From contig CBDAQI010000001.1 of the NCBI GenBank assembly GCA_965198945.1, positions 329,344-393,343 of the forward strand: DNA of 64,000 nucleotides, written 5' to 3'. Shown here piece by piece: positions 40,090-48,585 of this stretch; position 1 is the first letter of the stretch, and each line of letters starts with the position of its first letter. The notes under the pieces were generated by a model, which saw only the letters and a list, made by a program, of their open reading frames with translations, was not told where the DNA came from and made no database searches. Source of the DNA: Thermodesulfobacteriota bacterium. GTDB lineage: Bacteria > Desulfobacterota_D > UBA1144 > Nemesobacterales > Mycalebacteriaceae. A program made the position numbers and the translations under genes.

Positions 40090-40182
40090 ATTATATAAAT
40101 TCACGCTAAAATGTCAAAAAAGCGTGAATACAACTCTTCAAATACGATTCATTCACGCAAAAAAGCTAACAAAGCGTGAATG
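40090..40182 (-). promoter_or_regulatory. Consensus promoter of fic with two tandem palindromic operators
   Basis: TTGACA(40117-12)-N16-TATAAT(40095-90); ATTCACGC-N15-GCGTGAAT at 40099-40129 and again at 40151-40181. Confidence 0.8.
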
Positions 40183-40184
40183 TA

Positions 40185-40550
40185 TTATAAGCTTCTTGCC
40201 ATCCACATTCCCACAAAGCACGCAATCAGACACAGAGCGACCGACAGGGTTATGTTCAAAGTCGCTTTGCTGAAACTTCCGCTCTGCATGATCTTGAGTG
40301 TTTCAAGCGAAAACGCTGAAAAGGTTGTAAATCCGCCGAGCAAACCCGTCATCAGGAACAGACGCAGAGCGGAATCATCGGGACGATTGTGGAAATACGC
40401 GAAAATCAAACCGATAAGCAGTGAGCCTATTATGTTTACTCCGAGAGTTCCGACCGGAAAATTCGGAAACACAATCAGCCGGAACAATATGTATCGGAGC
40501 CCTGAACCGATCGCTCCGCCTGTTATTACAAAAATTAAATTCCAAATCAT
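40185..40550 (-). CDS. crcB: Fluoride channel
   Basis: GGAIGSGLRY, FPVGTLGVNIIGS, GLLGGFTTFSAFSLE. Confidence 0.95.
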   Translation of the reverse strand: MIWNLIFVITGGAIGSGLRYILFRLIVFPNFPVGTLGVNIIGSLLIGLIFAYFHNRPDDSALRLFLMTGLLGGFTTFSAFSLETLKIMQSGSFSKATLNITLSVALCLIACFVGMWMARSL

Positions 40551-40577
40551 TATAAAATCCCGTTTTTTATTTGCCGT

Positions 40578-41754
40578 CTATAAAATCTCCGCTTTTTCCG
40601 CCTCAATAATTTCCGGATACGGATTTTCCGTTTTTCCGGTTTGAATAAAAATTAAATCCGCACCTTTTCCCTTTTCAATGCTCCCGATTTTGTCTTCAAG
40701 AAAAAGCGCTCTCGCGCCGCCGAGGGTTGAAATATAAACCACTTTTTCAGACGCTTTTTGATTTCCCAGGGGAAGCAGTAGCTTGTAAAGAGCTTTTTAT
40801 TTCATCAAAAAAATTGAGTGTTCTGTTGCTTGAAAGTCCGTCGGTGCCGAGACCCACTCTTTTGAGGTTCGCATATTCCAAAACCGGAGCTGTTCCCGTT
40901 TTCAAAAAATCGTTGCTTCTCGGACATAAAACTATTCCGATATTCTTGCCGTCTATTTGTGCAATCTCGCTCTTATTTACATGTGACATATGGACGCAGG
41001 TAATTTTTGCCGTGCCGTCACAGATTTCCGAAAGATATTTGAAAGGAGTCTCCGCCTTGTGCCTGCTCATATTGGTTTTTCCTATCATCGGATATATGGT
41101 TTCCTCAATTCCGTTTTTCTCACCTCTTACAAAAGCAGTTTCTTCGGGACTTTCCGCAAGATGAATTCCCGCGGGCGTACCGGTTTGGGCTGAGATTTCA
41201 AAGGATTTTTTTATGAGTTCGGGAGAGCATGAATAAGGTGAGTGCGGAAAAAGCCTTTCTTCAAAACGTTCTGATTTTTCCGGTTCGGGGCTCAGCAGGG
41301 GTCTGCTGTCCATAATTTCACGGAAAAGAACCGTTCTAATCGGGCTGTTTTTTAATATATCCGCGTCATTTCCGTAAGAGGAGATTTCACCAACGGTTGT
41401 TACGCCGCTTTTTATTAAATTTTTAATACCGTCTTTTACGGAACGCTCTATTTCAGCCGTACCCGTTCCCGAGTATTTTGCGCCCACTATGTATTTGAGC
41501 CAACCGGTGAAATTTTTGAACTCTTTTCCGGGTTTGAGCCAACCCAGTTCAAGGTGTGTGTGGCAGTTTATAAATCCGGGCAGAACGGCTCCGCATCCTA
41601 AATCTCTGACTTTGAAGCGCGGAAAACGGTTTTTTATTTCCGCCTCGCGTCCGACCGCTTTTATTTTTCCGCCGCCAACTGCGACGGCGCCATTTTTTAT
41701 CGGAGCGGATGAAACCGGGATAATATTTGAGCAGACAATAATTTCGCCGTTCAT
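40578..41754 (-). CDS. Metal-dependent amidohydrolase (nucleoside/aminofutalosine deaminase-like; one frameshift)
   Basis: PGFINCHTHLE, PHSPYS, HLAES, CPRSN, GTDGLSSN; after shift at ~40795 continues TLGGARAL...GSIEKGKGADL to TAG 40578. Confidence 0.85.
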
Positions 41755-41762
41755 TGCTTTAT

Positions 41763-42686
41763 TTAGAGGCGGGCGAGTCTGCTCAGCATATCGTCGCTTA
41801 TGGTTCCCGAAGCGATTTCTTCTGCGGGTCCCGTCATCCGTATTTCAAAGTCTTCGGACACCTCTATTTCAAGTTCTCCTCCGGGCATGGCCACGGTCAG
41901 GCAGTTTTCGCACAGTCCGTTTTTTACCGCCGCCGCCGCCGCCGCACATGAGCTTGAGCCCGATGCGAAAGTGTATCCGGCTCCGCGCTCCCATATAAAA
42001 ATTTCAAGCCGGTTTTTTGCCGCCACACGCGCAAATTGAACGTTTGTTCTGTTGGGGAAAAAAATGTGGTTTTCAAGCAGAGGGCCGAGAAGTTTTGTTT
42101 CTTCCTCGCAAGGATTTTCCGTAAAAATAACACAATGCGGATTTCCAACCGATACGGCCGTGAATTTAAGATGTTCTCCGTTCACTTCCACCGACTTGCA
42201 AACAACATCTCCGGAGAAATTTCCCAAGACCGGGATTTCCGCCGCATCAAAAACGGCATGCCCCATATCAACGGTTATCATTGAACCCTCGCCATTTTTC
42301 TGCCGGATGTCCGCCCTGACTATTCCGCCCGGAGTTTCTACGGAAAAACTTTTTGATTCCGTATAACCATAGTCGCGGAGAAATTTGGCAAAAATGCGGA
42401 GTCCGTTTCCGCTTTTTTCCGCTTCACTGCCGTCCGGGTTGAATATTCTCAGACCAAAATCCGCTTTTTCCGATCCGGTGAGAAGAAGAACTCCGTCAGA
42501 TCCTATGCCAAGATTACGGTTGCATATCAGTTTGATCGCTTCGGGGGTGAGTTTGAAGGAAAGTGATTTTTCCTCGAAAACCGCGTAGTCATTTCCGAGG
42601 CCGTGAGATTTGACAAAAAAATCCGTCCGGCTCATATCAGACGGCCGCATTTGAGAAATTGATTTTTCCCCCGGGGAAAAAGTCAA
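41763..42686 (-). CDS. dapF: Diaminopimelate epimerase (start uncertain)
   Basis: KSHGLGNDY, GIGSDG, FNPDGSEAEKSGNG, VGNPH, NVQF, WERGAG. Confidence 0.92.
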   Translation of the reverse strand: MTFSPGEKSISQMRPSDMSRTDFFVKSHGLGNDYAVFEEKSLSFKLTPEAIKLICNRNLGIGSDGVLLLTGSEKADFGLRIFNPDGSEAEKSGNGLRIFAKFLRDYGYTESKSFSVETPGGIVRADIRQKNGEGSMITVDMGHAVFDAAEIPVLGNFSGDVVCKSVEVNGEHLKFTAVSVGNPHCVIFTENPCEEETKLLGPLLENHIFFPNRTNVQFARVAAKNRLEIFIWERGAGYTFASGSSSCAAAAAAVKNGLCENCLTVAMPGGELEIEVSEDFEIRMTGPAEEIASGTISDDMLSRLARL

Positions 42687-42886
42687 CCTTCAAGAATGAA
42701 GGTTATTTTTACATGCGCCCTGTATTCGGCAATTTTGCCGTTTTTTATCTGGGCGTTCATTTTTGTGACTTCAATGCCCGTGAGACCTCTGAGGGTTTTA
42801 TTCGCTCTTTTAAGGGCCTCTTTGACCGCATCGTCCCACGATTTTTCCGAAGAACCTATTACTTCCGTTACACGCGCTACCGCCAT
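42683..42886 (-). CDS. Dodecin family protein
   Basis: VTEVIGSSEKSWDDA...RA.KTLR...EYR..VKITF; GGAGG RBS. Confidence 0.9.
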   Translation of the reverse strand: MAVARVTEVIGSSEKSWDDAVKEALKRANKTLRGLTGIEVTKMNAQIKNGKIAEYRAHVKITFILEG

Positions 42887-42958
42887 GACAATTACCTCCC
42901 GAATTGAATATTAAAATTATAATAAGTAATAAGTTCCGTCTTTTCAATTTTCCGTAAT

Positions 42959-42986
42959 TTGACAAACCCGGATGTGTAAATAGATT
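42959..42986 (+). promoter_or_regulatory. Sigma70-like promoter of the SDR gene
   Basis: TTGACA-N16-TAGATT, followed by an AGGAGG RBS. Confidence 0.55.
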
Positions 42987-43028
42987 ATTGTTTTTCGCGA
43001 TTAAAGCAAGGCGAGGAGGAATTATTTT

Positions 43029-43790
43029 ATGTTGGAAAAAATGTATGACATTGAAGGTCAGGTTGCCGTTGTTACGGGCGGCTCAAGAGGGATAGGTAGG
43101 GCAATATCTCTTGCTCTTGCCGAGGCAGGAGCGGACATTCTGCTCAACTATGCAAGAAGCGACAAAGCGGCGGACGATGTAAAAAATGAAATTGAGGCTC
43201 TGGGCAGAAAATGTGTGACCGTGAGAGCCGATGTGGGCAATTTTGAACAGGCTCAGATGGTCGGCAAAGCGGCGGCGAACCATTTCGGCAAGGTTGATAT
43301 TCTTGTCAACAACGCCGGAGTTAACAGAGACAGAATGCTCAAGAGGATGACTCTTGAACAGTGGAATGAGGTTATTCAGACAAACCTTTCAAGTGTTTTC
43401 AACTGCACAAAAGCGGTTCTGGACAGTCTTCTCGCAAATGAGAACGGCGGCTCAATCGTTTCAATTTCCTCAATAATCGGAGAGATGGGCAACATCGGGC
43501 AGGCGAACTACGCTTCAACCAAAGCCGGGATAACCGGTTTCACAAAAAGCATGGCGCGCGAGCTTTCAAGGAACAGACTCAGAGTTAACGCCGTGGCTCC
43601 CGGTTTTGTTGAGACCGACATGCTGATGACAGTTCCCGAAGACATAAGGAACACCATTCTGAAAGACATACCGCTCGGAAGATTCGGTTCAGCCGAAGAG
43701 GTTGCCCTTGCTGTTGTATATCTGTGTTCCTCAGCCGGAAGCTGGGTTACGGGGACAACTCTCAGGATTAACGGCGGCCATTACATTTAA
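43029..43790 (+). CDS. fabG: 3-oxoacyl-ACP reductase / acetoacetyl-CoA reductase (SDR)
   Basis: TGGSRGIG, NNAG, GQANYASTK, VAPGFVETDM, IPLGRFG; a PhaB-type function is not excluded. Confidence 0.8.
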   Translation: MLEKMYDIEGQVAVVTGGSRGIGRAISLALAEAGADILLNYARSDKAADDVKNEIEALGRKCVTVRADVGNFEQAQMVGKAAANHFGKVDILVNNAGVNRDRMLKRMTLEQWNEVIQTNLSSVFNCTKAVLDSLLANENGGSIVSISSIIGEMGNIGQANYASTKAGITGFTKSMARELSRNRLRVNAVAPGFVETDMLMTVPEDIRNTILKDIPLGRFGSAEEVALAVVYLCSSAGSWVTGTTLRINGGHYI

Positions 43791-43800
43791 CTTCAGTTTT

Positions 43801-43883
43801 CTTCCGGCGCACACCGGAGGTAAGGCGTAATACATAAAAGAACGGACCGGGGTGAGACTTTTTCTCCCCCCCTCCCGTTTTTA
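43801..43883. terminator. Hairpins between convergent fabG and ccsA
   Basis: CTTCCGG-N6-CCGGAGG and AACGG..GGGGTGAGA/TCTCCCC..CCGTT followed by a T run. Confidence 0.4.
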
Positions 43884-43894
43884 ACCAAGCTATG

Positions 43895-44701
43895 CTATCC
43901 GGGAATCAGGTAGTAACTTGCAAAAAATACCGCCGCAATGGCGATAAACCCCGCAATTGCTCCGACAGACGATTTTTTGCCTTTCCATCCGTAGGCGAAT
44001 CTGCCGTTTATCAAAAAGGCGTATATAAGCCATGTCGCCACGGACAGAGTTTCTTTTATTCCCCAAGACCAGTCAGTGCCCCATATCCGGCTTGCCGAGA
44101 AAAATCCCAGAGCAAGTCCCAGTGTTGCGAGCGGAAATCCGCAAAGCAGTGATATGTGCTGAATTCTGTCCAGCCCCGTTATCGGTAGCAGGGAGTTGTC
44201 TCTATTTTTTGAAAGCGTTCCCTTCCTGATTCGTCTTTCCCTGAAAAGATAAAGCGACGCGGAAACAAAAGCCACGAAAAAAAACGCCTGTCCGAGAAGA
44301 ATCAGCGCTATGTGGGTCTGGATTATCGGCTCCGGAAAAAGAGAGTTGTCACCGCCCGCGGCCGGAATTAAAGCGGGTGCTGTCGCTGCAAACGCAAGTG
44401 TGAAAACAAACGCCCCGAGAGCGGATTTGCGTATTTTTTCTTCAATGGACAGAGACAAAAACACTGTCACGGTGAACCATGAGAATAGAAAAAGTGATCT
44501 TGCGAGCCCTCCGGCAAGAAGGTCGCCGGAAAAAAACAGAGATATGATTCTGACCGTTTGTGCGGCAAACCCGGCCACTCCGAGCGCAAACCCGGCTTTG
44601 CGCGCCCACCCGGGCCCCGCCCCCGATATAAACAGGATAAGAAAAGCGGAAGACACAAAATAAAGAAAGATTATAACAGTCTGCAGAGCCGTCCCCTCCA
44701 T
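43895..44701 (-). CDS. ccsA: Cytochrome c biogenesis protein (CcsA/HemX-like)
   Basis: Multiple TM helices, conserved His (THIAL), WWD-like WGTDWSWGIKE...W..Y, GWKGKK. Confidence 0.85.
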   Translation of the reverse strand: MEGTALQTVIIFLYFVSSAFLILFISGAGPGWARKAGFALGVAGFAAQTVRIISLFFSGDLLAGGLARSLFLFSWFTVTVFLSLSIEEKIRKSALGAFVFTLAFAATAPALIPAAGGDNSLFPEPIIQTHIALILLGQAFFFVAFVSASLYLFRERRIRKGTLSKNRDNSLLPITGLDRIQHISLLCGFPLATLGLALGFFSASRIWGTDWSWGIKETLSVATWLIYAFLINGRFAYGWKGKKSSVGAIAGFIAIAAVFFASYYLIPG

Positions 44702-44702
44702 T

Positions 44703-45773
44703 TCAGCGTTCCGCCGCTTCCCCGGTGAATTCACGCTCTCCGCTTTTCAGGGCCGAAACAAGTTTTTCAATGCCGCCGTTCATCACCGCATCTATGTTTG
44801 AGAGTGTAAGACCTATTCTGTGATCCGTAACCCTTGACTGGGGAAAGTTGTAAGTTCTTATTTTTTCGCTTCTCCCGCCGCTTCCCAGTTGTTTTTTTCT
44901 TTCTCCCGCCCGCTCGTTCATCTGTTTTTCACTTTCCCTTTCATACAGTTTTGCTCTCAGCATCCTCATACTCTGTGTGCGGTTTTTATGTTGAGATCTT
45001 TCGCTTTGGCACTGAACGATTATCCCGGTCGGGATATGGGTTATGCGCACGGCGGAATCGGTTTTGTTAACATGCTGCCCCCCAGGCCCCGACGCTTTAT
45101 AGGTGTCAATTTTAATATTTTTTTCATCCACTTCCACCTCAACTCCCTCGGGTTCGGCAAGAACCGCCACGGTTGCCGTTGAGGTATGGATCCTTCCGCC
45201 CGTCTCGGTTGCGGGAACCCTTTGAACCCTGTGGACGCCGCTTTCGTGCTTCAGATGTTCAAAAACGTTTTTTCCCTCAATGCTCACAACCGCTTCTTTT
45301 ATGCCGCCTATTTCGGTTTCGCTGATTCCTATCATGTTTATTTTCCACCCGTTTTTTTCGCAGTATTTGCAATACATGCCAAGCAGGTCGGCGGCAAAAA
45401 GAGCCGCTTCCCCGCCGCCGGTTCCGGGGCGGATTTCAAAAATGACGTTTTTGCCGTCTTTGGGGTCTTTCGGCGTCAGCAGCTCAACAATCCTGCTTTC
45501 ACACTCGCCGCTTTCCCGTTCAAGATCTTCTATTTCAGAGCGGGCGAGTTCGGACAGTTCGGGATTGTTCAGCAGAGTGGAGTTTTCATCAATCCGGGCA
45601 AGTATTTCCCTGTAACGTCTGTAGAGGGAAACGGTTTCTGATATTTCTGATATTTCCCTTGAAAATTTCACGATTTCATCCGGACGTATTCCGGGCTCGG
45701 AAAGCTTCTTCTCGCCCAGTTCATACCTTGTTTCGGTTTCTTCAAGTGTTTTCAGTATGGTTTCGTTCAACAT
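44703..45773 (-). CDS. prfA: Peptide chain release factor 1
   Basis: EIRPGTGGGEA, HRVQRVPATE (PxT), GPGGQHVNKT, RTYNFPQSRVTDHR. Confidence 0.97.
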   Translation of the reverse strand: MLNETILKTLEETETRYELGEKKLSEPGIRPDEIVKFSREISEISETVSLYRRYREILARIDENSTLLNNPELSELARSEIEDLERESGECESRIVELLTPKDPKDGKNVIFEIRPGTGGGEAALFAADLLGMYCKYCEKNGWKINMIGISETEIGGIKEAVVSIEGKNVFEHLKHESGVHRVQRVPATETGGRIHTSTATVAVLAEPEGVEVEVDEKNIKIDTYKASGPGGQHVNKTDSAVRITHIPTGIIVQCQSERSQHKNRTQSMRMLRAKLYERESEKQMNERAGERKKQLGSGGRSEKIRTYNFPQSRVTDHRIGLTLSNIDAVMNGGIEKLVSALKSGEREFTGEAAER

Positions 45774-45798
45774 TTCAGCCGGATTAGATTCACACACC

Positions 45799-45827
45799 TT
45801 GAACAAATTTCAAGAAAAGATTAAAAT
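45799..45827 (+). promoter_or_regulatory. Sigma70-like promoter of the zapB-zapA-ygfA-rny unit
   Basis: TTGAAC-N17-TAAAAT. Confidence 0.5.
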
Positions 45828-45841
45828 AAAGTGATCAGGTT

Positions 45842-46042
45842 ATGAATTCAGAGCTTGAAAACAGGATTCTTCAGTGTGTAAAGCATTTGGATGAATTTGA
45901 AGAAGATTATAAGAATCTTGTTTTTGAGGTCAGGGATTTGAAGAAGACCGTTGAGAGGCTTGAAACGGAAAGGCGTGAGTTAAAGCACAAAATAGAAGGC
46001 GTTGTTGAACGTGTGGAAAATCATATAAGGGTTAGAGCTTGA
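45842..46042 (+). CDS. ZapB-like coiled-coil cell division protein
   Basis: 66-aa heptad-rich ELENRI...LE.ER.ELK.KIE; directly upstream of zapA. Confidence 0.65.
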   Translation: MNSELENRILQCVKHLDEFEEDYKNLVFEVRDLKKTVERLETERRELKHKIEGVVERVENHIRVRA

Positions 46043-46045
46043 TTT

Positions 46046-46408
46046 ATGGGTGATTCGGGAAGAGATGTTGAAGTTAAAATAGGAGCTTTCGGTTCCACTT
46101 ATCTTGTTAAGGCGGCACCGGAGCATGAGGAGCGAATAAGAAGCGCGGCCGCGCTTCTGGAAAAAAAAGTGGAAGAGACTTCGGCTGATATTGAAAAACC
46201 CATGACAGAGCGCATTCCCATGCAGCTGTTTTACGCCGCTCTTGGCATAACCGACGAATTACTTATGTTGAGGGAGCAAGTTGAAGACGAACAAAAATCA
46301 AAGGGGGAGCAATTCTCCCGACTTGAAAGGATTGTGGACAAATCTCTTAACTCCAGGTTCGTTAAACTCAAAATGGCATATGGAGCCGAGAGACGGGAAG
46401 ACGACTAA
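46046..46408 (+). CDS. zapA: Cell division protein ZapA
   Basis: VEVKI..FG.TY.V...E.I..AA.L..K...AALGITDEL pattern; synteny with ygfA-rny. Confidence 0.8.
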   Translation: MGDSGRDVEVKIGAFGSTYLVKAAPEHEERIRSAAALLEKKVEETSADIEKPMTERIPMQLFYAALGITDELLMLREQVEDEQKSKGEQFSRLERIVDKSLNSRFVKLKMAYGAERREDD

Positions 46409-47018
46409 AACGCTTCCGCCTATAAACTTTTCAAAATCTGAAATACGCCGCAGGTTTGCGGCTTTGAGAAAAGAGCGGGCCTCTTCCGTGCTTGCGGAGC
46501 TCAGTTTGCAGATTGTGGAAAACCTTTGCGGTTGCGAAATTTTTCTCAGTTCTCAAAAAATTGCTCTTTACTCACCGCGAAACGCCGAGGTTGACATTTT
46601 GCCGGTTTTGTCCCGCCTGAGGCGCTTTGGAAAGAGGGCGTTTTTCCCCAGAGTTTCCGGGGAGAATCTCAGGTTTCTTGAAGTGTCGGACTCAAGCGAG
46701 CTTGTGCCGGGCAGTTTTTCAATTCCCGAACCGCCCGAAGGTCCGGGCCGCGAAATATCCGTCACAGAACTTGACCTTGTCGTGGCTCCGGGAATCTGTT
46801 TTGACAGGTTCGGCGTGAGGGTGGGTTACGGCGGAGGTTTTTATGACCGCGCCACCTCCGGGCTGCCCACGGAAAAAGTCTGCGGTGCGGCATATTCTTT
46901 CCAATTTGTTGATTTTGAGCTCCCGTTTGACTCAGGCGATGTACGGGTCGGCTCTGTAATAACCGAGCACGGAATTTTTCGTGCTCAAGAAAAAAGGATT
47001 GGTGAAAAAAATGATTAG
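46380..47018 (+). CDS. ygfA: 5-formyltetrahydrofolate cyclo-ligase
   Basis: KSEIRR, IALY....EVD, FSIPEP, DLVVAPGICFD..G.RVGYGGGFYDR. Confidence 0.92.
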   Translation: MEPRDGKTTKTLPPINFSKSEIRRRFAALRKERASSVLAELSLQIVENLCGCEIFLSSQKIALYSPRNAEVDILPVLSRLRRFGKRAFFPRVSGENLRFLEVSDSSELVPGSFSIPEPPEGPGREISVTELDLVVAPGICFDRFGVRVGYGGGFYDRATSGLPTEKVCGAAYSFQFVDFELPFDSGDVRVGSVITEHGIFRAQEKRIGEKND

Positions 47019-48585
47019 CATATTTTACATGGCGGTTGCGTCTGTGGTTTTTTTCGGCGCGGGTTTTGCGGTTCATCACATCATTATTTCGTCCAGAGAA
47101 AAGAAAGAGCTTTCCAAAAAATCTGTTCTTGCAAAGCGGATTGTTGAAAAGGCGAAAAAAGACTCTGACAGAATTGTTGAGGGCGCCAAACAGCGCTCGG
47201 CGGACCTGTTGCGTAAAAACAAACGGAATTTTGAAAAAATGGAGAAAGACAAGCGCAAGGAGCTTTTTTCTTTTGAGCAGGAAGCTCGGAAAACTCTTGA
47301 TTCCGCCAATAAGAAGCTTCAGGAGGTTATTCGGAGAGAGACCGAGCTCGGCCGCAGACAGCAAAGTCTTGATTCTCTTGAAAATTCTCTCAAAGAGCGG
47401 CACTCGGAGATAGACGAAATAAAAATTGAAACGGTGAGGCGGCTTGAAGAGCTGTCCGGGCTTTCGTCTGAGGAAATCAAAAACGAGTTGTTTAGGGAGA
47501 TTGAGGAAGAGGCGAAGAAAGAGGCTTCGCTGAGGGTCAGGGAGATTCACGAGGAGGCCGAGGCGGAAGCCGGAGGAATGGCCACCAAGGCAATAGCGCT
47601 TGCCGTGCACAGATATGCGGGCAAGTATACCGCTGAAAACACATCTTCAACCGTCACTCTTCCGGATCCCAACATCAAAGGGAAAATAATCGGGCGCGAG
47701 GGCAGGAACATCAGGGCTCTTGAGGTGCGCACGGGGGTTGATTTTGTCATGGACGACTCTCCCAATACCGTTGTCCTTTCAAGCTTGAATTCTTTCAGGC
47801 GCGAAATTGCCGCTATTTCGCTCAAACGGCTTATTGAAGACGGCAGAGTTCATCCGGGCAGAATAGAGGAAGTGGTCACCGAGGTTGAAAAGGAGATAGG
47901 CGAGGAAATTGAAAAGGCCGGGAAAGACGCGGTTTTTGAGCTCGGAATACACAACATGCATCCCGAACTTGTGCGCCATGTGGGAATGTTGAAATACAGA
48001 AGAAGTTATGCGCAGAATATTCTCACCCACTCGGTGGAGGTCGCCTTTATCTGCGGGATGATAGCGGCCGAGATCGGCTATGACCAGCATCTTGCCAAAC
48101 GCGCCGCGCTTCTTCACGACATAGGCAAAGCGGTTGACCATGAGGTTGAGGGCTCGCATGTCGAGATAGGCACGAAACTTGCAAAGAAATACAAGGAAGA
48201 CCCGCAGGTTGTAAAAGCGATTGAGCAAAGCCACGATTCGCGGGTTACCGATGTTCTCTCCATACTTGTTCAGGCGGCGGACGCCATTTCCGCCTCCCGT
48301 CCCGGTGCCAGAAAGGAGAGCTATGAAAAATACATACAAAGAGTGGAGGAAATAGAAGATATCGGCGGCTCGTTTGCGGGTGTGAGCAAATGTTTTGCAA
48401 TTCAGGCGGGCAGAGAGCTGCGTGTCATAGTTGAGAACACCGCCTTGGATGAGAATGAAAGCGAGGTTCTTTCAAGAGACATAGCAAGAAAAATACAGGA
48501 CGAAGTTACCTATCCGGGAAAAATCAAGGTGACGGTGATAAGAGAAACGCGTGCGGTGGCATACGCTTCCGGGCGGATTTTATAA
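47011..48585 (+). CDS. rny: Ribonuclease Y
   Basis: N-terminal TM + coiled coil, KH GKIIGREGRNIR, HD domain LLHDIGKA, ADAISASRPGAR. Confidence 0.97.
   Translation: MISIFYMAVASVVFFGAGFAVHHIIISSREKKELSKKSVLAKRIVEKAKKDSDRIVEGAKQRSADLLRKNKRNFEKMEKDKRKELFSFEQEARKTLDSANKKLQEVIRRETELGRRQQSLDSLENSLKERHSEIDEIKIETVRRLEELSGLSSEEIKNELFREIEEEAKKEASLRVREIHEEAEAEAGGMATKAIALAVHRYAGKYTAENTSSTVTLPDPNIKGKIIGREGRNIRALEVRTGVDFVMDDSPNTVVLSSLNSFRREIAAISLKRLIEDGRVHPGRIEEVVTEVEKEIGEEIEKAGKDAVFELGIHNMHPELVRHVGMLKYRRSYAQNILTHSVEVAFICGMIAAEIGYDQHLAKRAALLHDIGKAVDHEVEGSHVEIGTKLAKKYKEDPQVVKAIEQSHDSRVTDVLSILVQAADAISASRPGARKESYEKYIQRVEEIEDIGGSFAGVSKCFAIQAGRELRVIVENTALDENESEVLSRDIARKIQDEVTYPGKIKVTVIRETRAVAYASGRIL

Noticed and set aside
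40099..40181. Mini-CRISPR or terminator reading of the repeated palindrome
   Set aside because: Only two units, arms conserved but 15-nt centres different, overlapping a promoter, and no cas genes; an operator fits better.
40551..40577. Fluoride riboswitch upstream of crcB
   Set aside because: The 27-bp gap is too short and lacks the consensus.
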